A program made the translations under genes and the position numbers. The notes under the pieces are model-generated. The model made no database searches. It saw only the letters and a list, made by a program, of their open reading frames with translations, and had not been told where the DNA came from. Source: Tubiluchus corallicola (taxonomy: Eukaryota; Animalia; Priapulida). Taken from it: a stretch of DNA of 64,000 nt. The stretch's first letter is position 1; every line of letters begins with the position of its first letter. Positions 49,829 through 61,699 of this stretch are shown here, in pieces. The stretch lies in NCBI GenBank assembly GCA_030141605.1, contig JAQGDQ010000810.1, forward strand, positions 1 through 64,000, in the 5' to 3' direction.

Positions 49829-49869
49829 GTAATCCGCGAATAACCCATCTGGGAAAGTTCCTAAACTGA
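49829..49869 (+). CDS. Terminal coding exon (GNPRITHLGKFLN*)
   Basis: TTTTCTTCCAG acceptor, phase 1, TGA at 49867-49869. Followed by over 1 kb of repeat-free, UTR-like sequence. Confidence 0.65.
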
Positions 49870-52697
49870 CGTGCGATTAGAAACTCCTAGTTGTTGAGAA
49901 CGGGAACTTTCCCTTTCGGTGACGGATTCCTTGGTGATAGTAGTTTATAGTTACCGTAATCTGTGTTAAATTTACGATCGTGACCGTTTGTGGCATTTAC
50001 AATCCTTAGCGATTGTTAGTGACGATTTATAACGAACATCGAATAAACAGTCGCTGAATGTGCTTTGTGTAAGTGAGACTTCGAGAGCAGACTTTAGACT
50101 GCCGTTCCAGCTCAGTTAAATCGTAGCGTGATCGTCGATGCACGCTTCACATCGTTTTGTCGCCGCTCGCCGCTTTCGGTTTTTTCTCCGTGTGATTATG
50201 CAACGACAAAAATCAATACAGCGTGTGCAATGCAAAAAGAACTAGTTGCTGTGTGTTTTTTCTAAGAAGCTTACCTGACTCGGGTTTAAATTGTCAGCGT
50301 GACTCTTGAACGCAAACGTAAGCATGTGTGTAATGTGTTACTGGTATTCTGATCAAACTTGTGTAGCTTGCTGTCCATTTGCTTGGCTACGTCTTGACTT
50401 TGCGGTCCGCATGACTGTTTTATCGGACCTAACGACGGGCCAGACGATGCTTTCGCGTTCCAAAAGGAAGAAACTGTCGTCGAATGAAGAGTTGGTGCTT
50501 TCTCGTCCTGAAAACTCTTTTGATTACGTCTGAGTGACCGTATTCTGTCTCTCTGAGTGACCGTATTCGGTGTGTCGCCTTTTTGTTGTTTGTGCGCTTG
50601 AGTTATTGACGTTATACATGTTATTACGGAGTAATATATTGTACGTAACCACGTAAGGTAGTTGTTTTTCCACAGTTAGAAACCATTGTGCTTTGGCAGG
50701 TTGTTTTTGCCAAGAAGAACGTTTTGTTTTGTAGCAGTAACTCTTGTTTTCCTTCCGTTATTTGCTAATTGTGCCAAATTGATGGTAAGCGTGTCACGAC
50801 CATCAAACTGCGAAAATTTTTATGGCAGTTTTCTTGTCGGTTTGTTTAAGCTTCTCTCGTGATGTCTTGACGTTTCAAACATTACTGATAGGTGGCGCTG
50901 TTGCGTTAAAACTAGGATAAAATTAGCTAAATTGTTCTAAAGCTTGGCGAAGCATTGTCTGTCAATTCTAATCAGTGCTCTAATGTGCAACCACAAGTAT
51001 TTATGTTTGTAATGTTATGTAAAATGCATGAAAAAAATAAATTTTTGTTCGCATGGCACACGTTTGTGGTACAAACTAAGTTCCAAAAGAATTCCCACCT
51101 GCCGATGCCTTCATCGCCGGCACATCTTAGTTATTTTTTGTTCATTAAATAACAGCCTGTTAAGTAAGAACTAATGTACGACTGCTTGCAATTTTTTTTT
51201 AACAAACATGGGATCTTGTGCTCAAAGTAAGCATTTCTCGGCGTGTTACAGTCGGGGATGTTGCCGGTAATTGCGCTTTCGGTTGAGTTTTGTTTTCGTC
51301 GGAAATTAAGTTTTCTAACCGAGACTTTGGTAATTTTCCGTAGCATTTTCCCGAGATTTTGATACTATCTATCTCACTTACCCGTTTTCTCCTATATCTT
51401 AAAATTTTGGCTAAAATAGTTCAAATAAAGCGTAAATATCATTTATTTAACCTTTTGTACCATTTGTAGCGTGCTTTTTACAGCAATGCGGGATATCTTC
51501 ACTGCTGACAACTGTGAAGCTTTAAGGTGTCCAGACTCGATTAACCGAAATGCCAAAGCGTAATTTGAATAAAATAAACTTTAATTTTATAATTTATGAA
51601 ATATAGGCAACAAAATATTTACAAAATAAAATTTGTCAATTTTTTTGGAACATCGTAGTGTTTAACCGTAAACATTGTTTTACTTTCTTAGTCGGAATTT
51701 TTTGCTTGGCTACTTCATCATTCATTTATTTCAGATTGTTTTTCGGTTTTTATAGTAGTTGGTTTTGCAAAAATGAATTCAGTGCAGTTTTATTTCGGCA
51801 TCAGTCTCCTTTAATTCCAAAATTTTCGTTTCGGTTTGTAATTTCAGTTTCGGTAACGTCCCTGCTCACAACACACATAAACATAAGATTGTTTCTTGGC
51901 TTTTTATGATTGCTTAGTAAAAAAACAGCCATGTTCATAAAAAAATGTGAAACGCCCACTTATAACTGTTGTGATGCTTTGTTCCGGGTAAATGCAAAGT
52001 AAAATGTGTCTTACCTCAGCATTTAGAGGAAAATCTTCCCCTGCTCCTTGCTGTATTTTGCTATCAGAATAGTTAACCAAGAGTTATTAACCGATACTTT
52101 AATACGGCCTTGTGTGAACTTATCATGTGAATGAATTGATTAAGTTGTGATTGGATCCGATTGCATCCCTAGTCTTGTGATGTTCATTGTTCTTGGGGTA
52201 TGGTAGAACTTGTAATCTAATCGGCTATGCATTAGGCAGTTGCTTACACGCAAGCGGGTAATGTGTAGTAATTGACAGATAGCTTTAAAGCAAGCTTTAA
52301 ACGTGCAAGGTTTTTGCTATGCACTTTACATGATGTAAATTATTTTCAGGTACGCAAAAGAACCCGGGTTTAATTCCTAGTTGAAATCGGGTATTGTACG
52401 GTTGCTTTTGAACCACTACGTTAAGTTTTTTGCTGTAGGATTGCGTGTTTCTGATCGTTTTTAATTCTGAGTTGTTGTTGGCACGTGAAAAGGATGAGGT
52501 GTTTTCAAGAAGACCACGTTGCAGCTTACAAGAAACATAAAATCTTCTTGTTTTTTTTAATTTCATTGTTCAGTTTGCTTGCACAGTCTCACTGGCTTTC
52601 CTTTTTTGCAAATGTATCTTGTAATTTTGCTCACAAGTGTGAAGGATTTCAAAAAGTGTTCCATCAATTGTTTTCCACTGTAAGAACTGAATATAAT

Positions 52698-54211
52698 TTA
52701 TCTGATTGTTGAGTTGCATCGTTTGTTGTCTCTGCTGTGCCGTAAACAATGTTTTTCCAACCCTTATCTGATTGTTGGGTTGCATTGTTTGTTGTCTCTG
52801 CTGTGCTGTAAACAATGTTTTCCAACCCTCATCTGATTGTTGGGTTGCATTGTTTGTTGTCTCTGCTGTGCTGTAAACAATGTTTCTCCAACCCTCATCT
52901 GATTGTTGGGTTGCATTGTTTGTTGTCTCTGCTGTGCTGTAAACAATGTTTTCCAACCCTTACCTGATTGTTGAGTTGCATTGTTTGTTGTCTCTGCTGT
53001 GCTGTAAACAATGTTATTCCAACCCTTACCTGATTGTTGGGTTGCATTGTTTGTTGTCTCTGCTGTGCTGTAAACAATGTTTTTCCAACCCTTACCTGAT
53101 TGTTGGGTTGCATTGTTTGTTGTCTCTGCTATGTCGTAAACAATGTTTTTCCACCCCTTATCTGATTGTTGGGTTGCATTGTTTGTTGTCTCTGCTGTGC
53201 TGTAAACAATGTTTTTCCAACCCCTACCTGATTGTTCGGTTGCATTGTTTGTTGTCTCTGCTGTGCTGTAAACAATGTTTTTCCACCCCTTACCTGATTG
53301 TTGGGTTGCATTGTTTGTTGTCTCTGCTGTGCTGTAAACAATGTTTTCCAACCCTTACCTGATTGTTGAGTTGCATTGTTTGTTGTCTCTGCTGTGCTGT
53401 AAACAATGTTTTTCCAACCCTTATCTGATTGTTGGGTTGCATTGTTTGTTGTCTCTGCTGTGCTGTAAACAATGTTTTCCAACCCTTACCCGATTGTTGA
53501 GTTGCATTGTTTGTTGTCTCTGCTGTGCTGTAAACAATGTTTTTCCACCCCTTATCGGATTGTTGAGTTGCATTGTTTGTTGTCTCTGCTATGCCGTAAA
53601 CAATGTTTTTCCACCCCTTATCTGATTGTTGGGTTGCATTGTTTGTTGTCTCTGCTATGCCGTAAACAATGTTTTTCCACCCCTTATCTGATTGTTGGGT
53701 TGCATTGTTTGTTGTCTCTGCTATGCTGTAAACAATTTTTTTCCACCCCTTATCGGATTGTTGGGTTGCATTGTTTGTTGTCTCTGCTATGCTGTAAACA
53801 ATGTTTTTCCACCCCTTATCGGATTGTTGGGTTGCATTGTTTGTTGTCTCTGCTATGCTGTAAACAATGTTTTTCCACCCCTTATCGGATTGTTGGGTTG
53901 CATTGTTTGTTGTCTCTGCTGTGCTGTAAACAATGTTTTCCAACCCTCATCTGATTGTTGGGTTGCATTGTTTGTTGTCTCTGCTGTGCTGTAAACAATG
54001 TTTTCCAACCCTCATCTGATTGTTGGGTTGCATTGTTTGTTGTCTCTGCTGTGCTGTAAACAATGTTTTTCCAACCCTTACCTGATTGTTCGGTTGCATT
54101 GTTTGTTGTCTCTGCTGTGCTGTAAACAATGTTTTTCCAACCCTTACCTGATTGTTGGCTTGCATTGTTAGTTGTCTCTGCTGTGCTGTAAACAATGTTA
54201 TTCCAACCCTT
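52698..54211. repeat. 65/66-bp minisatellite, ~23 copies
   Basis: Unit TCTGATTGTTGGGTTGCATTGTTTGTTGTCTCTGCTGTGCTGTAAACAATGTTTTTCCAACCCTTA. Confidence 0.98.
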
Positions 54212-56276
54212 TGCATATTTGAACAAGGTCTAGCTGATGAATGAACATTTTTTCTTCATCTTGCAGCCGCCATGTTTGTTTTTGTATATAATTTGTTTTT
54301 CTTTCTGCTGTATATTTTATTAGTTCACTCAAGGCACGTCTCTCCTGATTTGTAAACGGTCACCAAATGTGTCTGTGCGTTGTTACGAAATTATTTGCTA
54401 TTTTGTTATTAAATTTGAAATGAAACTAAGAATTGAACACTAGCAGCAGTTTCTAGGCCTGTAATTGCTTGGCATTGATGAAAAACGGCGAATTGTCGAA
54501 ATTGGTCTATTATTTGTACCTTTTTCTGTTAATAGATGGCGCCAACGAAGCAAAAGTGCTCCTATCCCGTATGCATTCAAATCGAGGTTTGTTTTGTTAA
54601 TAATTGAAAAAAATTATGTGTTAAAACCATTCAGGTTTCGGTACATTCATAATAAAGTTTATTTTTGTGTAAATTTGAAAACTGCCCAGTGTGTTATTTA
54701 TTTCGGTTGGGGGGTTTATTACTAGTAGTTTGAAAACGCATTTTTATTCGAGTTTTTCCATTTCGAGTTGACCCGACTGTGCAACCTCGATCTCTAATAA
54801 AATGCTATTGTTACGTTTCCTGTATGCCCGATGATTGAACGTGCTCTAAAATGGTTTATATTATTATTATTATGAAAGAACTGTATTATTATTATTAAAT
54901 AAAAAGTTGAAATAATTTGATTGCTGTGTTAAATTTTGTGTCCAGATTTCTCATTGTAGGAACGCTCGCTGTGGTATTCAAATCAAATAAATTATTTTTC
55001 ATCCCAATAACAATACAAAGAAACATAGATATAAATAAAAAAAAGCCAAACAAATGGGAATAGGTGGCGAGGAACATTAGTTATCGAATCAGCCACCCTA
55101 AAGCGAGTATTAAATTAGTATTATGTAGTGCTGTAATTACATATTAATTGTATATAAACTGAAGTATACACACACACATATAAACCGTAAATATATGTAC
55201 TATAGTAATATTAAAAAAGAAAAAAGTTATATCATTAAATTATGTATTTCATTTGCCTGTGTTTTTCTATACATAAAATTTTCTAATTTTTAACTAAGAA
55301 AACGAAAATAAAATTACCAGAAACTAACAAAATTGCTACTATAATATTGACTTAAATATTAATGTTTCATTTCGAGTTGAAATAAAAATATGAAAATATA
55401 ACTGTTTATGATATCATGCTACAGATCAATGTTAATTAATGACTCAATGAACTTAGGAAAATAATATAACATGTAATAATACAGAAAAGGTAATCAGTAT
55501 CCCAATCTGTGGATACAGTCAGTAACTAAATATATGTATATATATATATACACTACGTATGTGTGCACAAGGCTTAAGAAATTCGTCTTGTAACTTTATA
55601 TGACTTACGTACTATCTTATTGCATGTAGAGTTTGCATTAGCTGCAACACTGTATAATACTAGAAAATTTAAACTCTCACGATGACACTTGTGTAGCCAT
55701 TTTAACGGTAAGTCAATGGAAAAGAGTTTAGATCCCATTGAGTAAAGTTATAAAAGGTATTCAGAGCGTTCGTAGCGCACCCTTCAGTAACTGAGCAAAA
55801 GCATAAAATATTTCGCATTGTCAATATGTTTTTCGTGAAGCAATGGTGCACACTGGGATGGTGAAACAGTGACGTTTTACTACGTGCGCAAACATTTTAA
55901 ATTAAGAATCTTACGATTGCAGGCAACTTGGACCAGCGGTCATTTACAACATAAATTCTTTACGAGTTTTGATAGAAATGTCTGCGAAGGCGAGTTTTAA
56001 AAGTAGTTAAATTAATGGTGTTTAAGAGAAATTACGACTTCACGCGGTAAAGAATTCCGTATCTTGATTTTGTTTCTTAACTCGACAAGCAAATCTGTAC
56101 AGACGCACACTGAGTCGAACCTGAGGCTTTGCTATGTCCAGGAAGCCTTGTAACACTAGACAATACAAAAATACGTTTATATAGTCGACAAAGCTGTGGA
56201 GAAACCAGTAATGGTCATTTCACACTGAGGACGCGAGAAGAATTGCTGACAGAAAATATTTAGAAAATTTCCTATT

Positions 56277-56308
<32 letters not shown>

Positions 56309-57035
56309 TATTTGTCATTAAAATGGTTCACTCATTATAATAAAATTGAGTAAGCCTCAGCGTAATGTTAAGATAACAACAATGTTCAAGACAAATGTGT
56401 CCAGTGCGTACTAAAAAAACTAAAGTGCAAAACTAAGGCTTAATTATATACAATAACCGAACATATTTACAAACACCGTATTAAAATATTTTTACAAAAC
56501 AATATTACAGAAGTACATTAAATTTTACATGACATATTTTACACCATATATACATTTGATATGACACAAATAACAGAAACATGCTTTACATTACATAAAT
56601 TTCACTCATTGCGTTCACACTATTTGTACATGTGACATTACAAAACTAACATAACACGCATTACATTACATAATTTTTTTTAAAAATTACATTCTTAATC
56701 GTTTTTTCTCGAAATCACAGAGTAAGAAAGTTCATTTCTTTCCGTGCGTCCAGCTGCTTTGCGAGTTTTATAATCACGTCTAAAATGAAGTTATACATGC
56801 CGTATTTCATATACAAAGTACAATAATTAATAATTTTAGTCAATGTTATGTCACACCTGTTCGTTTTTTAGTAAAGTTCTTGTTGTGTTTTGTTTCTCTC
56901 GGAAGGTTCGTAGAGAAAACCAGAAAACACTTCGTCAAATTAAACTAGTTTATTAAGCGAGAATTCTACAACACAAAAGTATGAAGGAACACGAAATGTT
57001 TACACTAAACGTGAAAATCTACCGTAATTAAGTTA

Positions 57036-57374
57036 CCGTATTTATTCGAGTATAACGCGCAAAATTTTCTACCTAAAAAAGAACTCAAAGTTTGGGTGCG
57101 CGTTATAAACGAGGGCTGGGGTGAGGCGTAGCTAAGGAAATAATCAATAATATTTGCGTCATCAGAAGATTTTGTAAGACGGTGCCTGGCCCACGGAAAT
57201 CGAGCAGCTAGCCGAGAATTCACTGTACCAGAGACGAACGTTAGAGACTGAAATTGTTCAATAACGTTTGTCACTTACAATTCTTGGTCTGAGCCGAGAA
57301 AAAGTGAAACAAAATTTTATACCGATTTTTAATCGAAAATTAGGGGTGCGCGCGTTATACTCGAATAAATACGG
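57036..57374. mobile_element. Tc1/mariner (pogo-like) MITE
   Basis: TIR CCGTATTTATTCGAGTATAACGCGC mirrored at the right end, with TA on both sides. Confidence 0.9.
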
Positions 57375-58147
57375 TATTTTAATAGTTACATGATAAATTT
57401 GTTTATTGATCTTTTTGCACTAATTTTCCTCTTTGTTAAGTTCTTATCCTGTATAATTGTAACTATTAGTCAATAAATCTAATCTAATCTTGCATTAATA
57501 AAATGTAAAATGGTCAGTCTGTTAAAACAGGGATTAAATCTTATAATTTTATGCTGAAATGTGTTAATTGTTGTGAGTAAGAATAAAGTGTTTCCTTGAC
57601 GCCTAATGTAGAGGCTGACTAGACAACATAAAAAGACATTCATTATAATTAAATGTTATGTTGTCTCATCAGCCTCTCTACATTAGGCGTGAACGTCACA
57701 AACGTACCCTTGTCAGGACTCTACACGTCTTATTCTTGACTATTTGTGTTGATAACAGTTCACTAAAGATAATCATGTACTTGAGTAGATCAGTCGATTT
57801 TCTTTTCTCTTCTTTTCTTTTCTTTTTTTCTTTTCTTTTCTTTTTTCTCTTTTCTTTGCTTTAGCTTTTCTTGTTTTCCTTGACCTCATTCCGTTCTTTT
57901 CTCCCATTTTCTTTCTTTTTTGCCTCTCCTTTCCTGCCATTTTTTCTCTTTATTTTTGTTTTTTCTCTTTTTCCTCCTTTTCATTTTCTTTCTTATCTCC
58001 CCGTGTCGCTTTTCCCCTCTGTTACTGTTTAAATCTTCTCCCTTTCTCTCTTTCTCATCTTTCTGTCGAATTCTGTCAAAAGTAGCGTCTTTAATTTCAT
58101 GAAAAAAGGATTGAAAGCGTTTACGAAAACTGATGAATCTCAGTTTA

Positions 58148-58815
58148 TAATTATGAATTATGAATTATGAATTTATTCCACAGCAACTTAAACATACACA
58201 CAAGTTGATATTACACTGAAAAAGAAATAAACTATGCGAGTTACTGTGAGGAGGAGGAAGGAGCATTGAGCTTTCGAGTCCTCCTCCAGATAAGTGAAAC
58301 AATTGACAATTAACATTACATTTTCATCAGTTATAGCGTACATTAGGACAAAATAAGTTTTGTTAGTAACTTAAGATCAGGATGAGTAAAATTGTGAGTT
58401 AATTATACCGTTGTAGTAAGTAATTCTTTGATGCTTTTTTAAATTGATAAAGATTAAGAGTTTTCATTTCACGCGGAATTGATGACCATATTTTAATAGC
58501 ATCATATTTTGATGACTGTTTCATTATATTTGTTTTTGGAAGAGGGAGTACATAGTTTTCGACTGAATATCTTGTGTAATGATCATGTTGATTTGAAACT
58601 GGACTAAAGTATGACTGAAAAGCTGGTGGAAGTAGTGAATTATGATAGTGATACATGAAATGTAGACAATACATGTCATATATTTCTTTCACTTTAAGAG
58701 TTTTAACAGACAAGTAAATTATATTTGTGGGATGGTCATACCTTACATGGTATTATTAGTTTGAGAATTTTGTTTTGGGTAATTTGTAAAGCTTCCAAAT
58801 AAGTTTCCTTATAAA
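58148..58815 (-). mobile_element. L2/Crack-group LINE 3' fragment
   Basis: LKVKEIY...FMY.YHNSLLPPAF.SYF...H.H.TR...KIWSSIP..K...FKK..KNYLL RT tail, GGAGGAGGA/TCCTCCTC stem-loop, (ATAATTC)n tail. Confidence 0.85.
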
Positions 58816-58989
58816 CCTTTTAATACTTGAAAGGCACGTCTTTATAAACAAAATTGTACGTAAGATCGTCGGTAAATCCGTTCTGAAAAATTCACTTTTT
58901 TTACTTTTAGTCGATGTAAAGTGAATCATATATACGGCCTATACTGATAACGTCTCACACAGTTTTGAATGCATGTGATACAAGACTTA

Positions 58990-59279
58990 CGACGCGTTCA
59001 GACTAGCGAATTTTGTCTGTTACAACAAACTTGCAAGTGTGAACTGCTTTGCGAGTTACTGTCGGCGAGTTACCGCAAACTCTTCCGTGGTTGCAGTCTG
59101 CTGTCTAGATTCACTGTCTAGTGTGTCTGCTGTACTGTCTAACTACGCCTTCGTTACTCTCGACACTTCTCGCAGTGAATAGAGCAGCGAGTGTCAGTAA
59201 CTCGGAGAGTAACTCGCAACAAGTTTTGCTCTCTAGTCTGAACACGCTTGCAAGAAAACTCGCTAGTCTGAACGCGCCG
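58990..59279 (+). mobile_element. PIF/Harbinger-type MITE, unexpanded copy
   Basis: TIRs CGACGCGTTCAGACTAGCGA / TCGCTAGTCTGAACGCGCCG, TTA TSD. Confidence 0.88.
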
Positions 59280-59611
59280 TTACTGATCGAAATTCGTCTT
59301 TGGAACGTGTAAATGGGATTTTAATTGAAAAGGCTTAGAAGCCATTCTTATTCAGGGTTGTGCCTTCCTTATACTATAAATAGGGGCGATTACTCATCTC
59401 AATGTTAACAACATTCAGCGTTACTTGTTCTCCTATATCTTAGACTAAATTAAGCGAATACGCGCAAATATACTTTTTTACTTATAGCAGTGAAAAAATA
59501 CTATGCGATTAAACTTGGTGCCTGTTTTGATGAAACCAATTAATGTGAGAATCACGTGATACATTGTGCTTACTATTCGAAGTCTCTGCAGTCATTAGGC
59601 CTATTTGACAA

Positions 59612-60672
59612 CAGTGGCGGCTCGTAGCTAAAATTAGGGGGGTGCTGATTCAGAAAATTTTTAATACTGTGTAAAACGTAACAAACACCTTTAATTTTAA
59701 CATTGTAGTTATATTTGAAGATCGAGTGTTGAACAACCTCTTTTATTAACTGCATAATTCTCATGGAGAGACAATTGTGAAAAATTAAGCTGTTGTAGTT
59801 CACTTACAATCACAGAACTTATTTCTTGGAGATGCAAGGCGTCCATTATTAAATAATTTATGTTTCAAGCAGGCACGCTAAGTTTATACTTTATCATATC
59901 CAAGTATATGATGGTACACGGTAAGCACGTGGTATCGTTACTGTGATAGAGACAGTACTTTTCTACCTAGCAACAGACGATAGCCTACAGCGTGTTATTT
60001 CAGACATGTGCGCATGGCCGCATGCGCACAACAGCCAAACACCACGTTGCTTGGGCTGTGAAGTAAATCGTACTTCCCTCACATGCTCCGGTTCCGCACA
60101 AGAACTCAAGAAAAACTCTTATTATATTGAATAATATCGATAATAATGAGTGAAGACAGGGGGTGCTGTAGTACCTATACACGAGCCGCCACTGCTTGTA
60201 ACGTACAGGGGGTGCTGTAGTACCTATACACGAGCCGCAACTGCTTGTAACGTACAGGGGGTGCTGTAGTACCTATACACGAGCCGCCACTGCTTGTAAC
60301 GTACAGGGGGTGCTGTAGTACCACAGTATCTATACACGAGCCGCCACTGATTGTAACGTACAGGGGGTGCTGTAGTACCACAGTACCTACCTACACGAGC
60401 CGCCACTGCTTGTAACGTACAGGTGGTGCTGCAGTACCTATACACGAGCCGCCACTGCTTGTAACGTACAGGTGGTGCTGCAGTACCTATACACGAGCCG
60501 CCACTGCTTGTAACGTACAGGGGGTGCTGTAGTACCACAGTACCTACCTACACGAGCCGCCACTGCTTGTAACGTACAGGTGGTGCTGCAGTACCTATAC
60601 ACGAGCCGCCACTGCTTGTAACGTACAGGGGGTGCTGCAGTCCGCAGTACCTATACACGAGCCGCCCCACTG
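59612..60672 (+). mobile_element. hAT MITE whose right end is tandemly repeated 10 times (49-59-bp units, 60156-60672)
   Basis: Left TIR CAGTGGCGGCTCGT. Every unit contains ACGAGCCGCCACTG. TSD TTTGACAA / CTTGACAA. Confidence 0.88.
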
Positions 60673-61089
60673 CTTGACAAACAGTAAAGCTCTCGGAGTA
60701 ATTTTGCGCCAAATATAGATTTTGTAAAACTACAGGCAGGAAATGAAAGAAACGAGTGTTATAATTTCATTAATTTTGCCCTCTCGTTTGTCAATTACAG
60801 TTTGAGCTGATGAAATATATTATGCCGACATTAAGCGCCCATTTCAGAAATTTTTGTTTCCAAATTCTTCACTGATATATACGTCTCCGCCAGCTGAGAG
60901 CCCTCTAGACATTAAGTGAAAATAATTTACTGTGAAAGTTGTTACAAAATATAAGTATATTACTTATAAATAGATTAAAATTCTATTTATCAAAGTCTGT
61001 AATGCTACCATTAAAGAGAAATGTCTCTAGTTACAATATAAATACATAGATTTACAGCAGCTTCAAAGAGTCCGTTGGTGTGTAAAAGT

Positions 61090-61477
61090 TAATTAGTATT
61101 AATAAAAGAAGGACCTTGGACAAGAAAAATAAAAAGACGCCGTTTAAGATGGATTGGGCAAATGCTTAGACTACCTGATGATATTCCAGTGAAGATAGCT
61201 CTTCAACAAGCCGTAGAACCAGCTAAAAAACCTGCAGGAGGACAAATGTTAACATATTTAGATTTTGCACAGAAAGATTTAAACACTTCAGCATTGATCC
61301 TTAGAAATAAATGCACTTGGGGCATTGCGGCAAGCAGGGAGTCCTGGCATAGGGAGGTGAACAGAATCATGTCACTGGACGTATGATTCATTGGATGATG
61401 ATGATGATGATGATGATGATCCTGCTGCTGCTGCTGCCTGCTGCTGCTGCTGATGATGATGATGTTGATGATGATGC

Positions 61478-61546
<69 letters not shown>
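61090..61546 (+). mobile_element. RTE-group LINE 3' fragment with expanded (GAT)n tail
   Basis: WTRKIKRRRLRWIGQMLRLPDDIPVKIAL...W.IAASRESW RT tail followed by (GAT)n/(GCT)n. Confidence 0.85.
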
Positions 61547-61699
61547 GTAGCAGTATATCTTATGATAAACGTTAAAAAACAGTAATTAATTTATTGCAAT
61601 TTGTAGGTGTGGTATTTAATATTTCAAAAACTTATTTTAATTTTGTAAATATCAGAATATCTCTTCTGTCTTTCTTGTGTTTGACTTGCACACATCTAT

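Noticed and set aside
50885-50900. CTCF-like TAGGTGGCGCTG (similar word at ~54532)
   Set aside because: A short motif expected by chance or from repeats, with no supporting evidence.
52570-54226. ORFs with a 22-aa repeat (YSTAETTNNATQQSDKGWKNIV)
   Set aside because: 65-bp units repeatedly break the frame, and there is no splice or start context.
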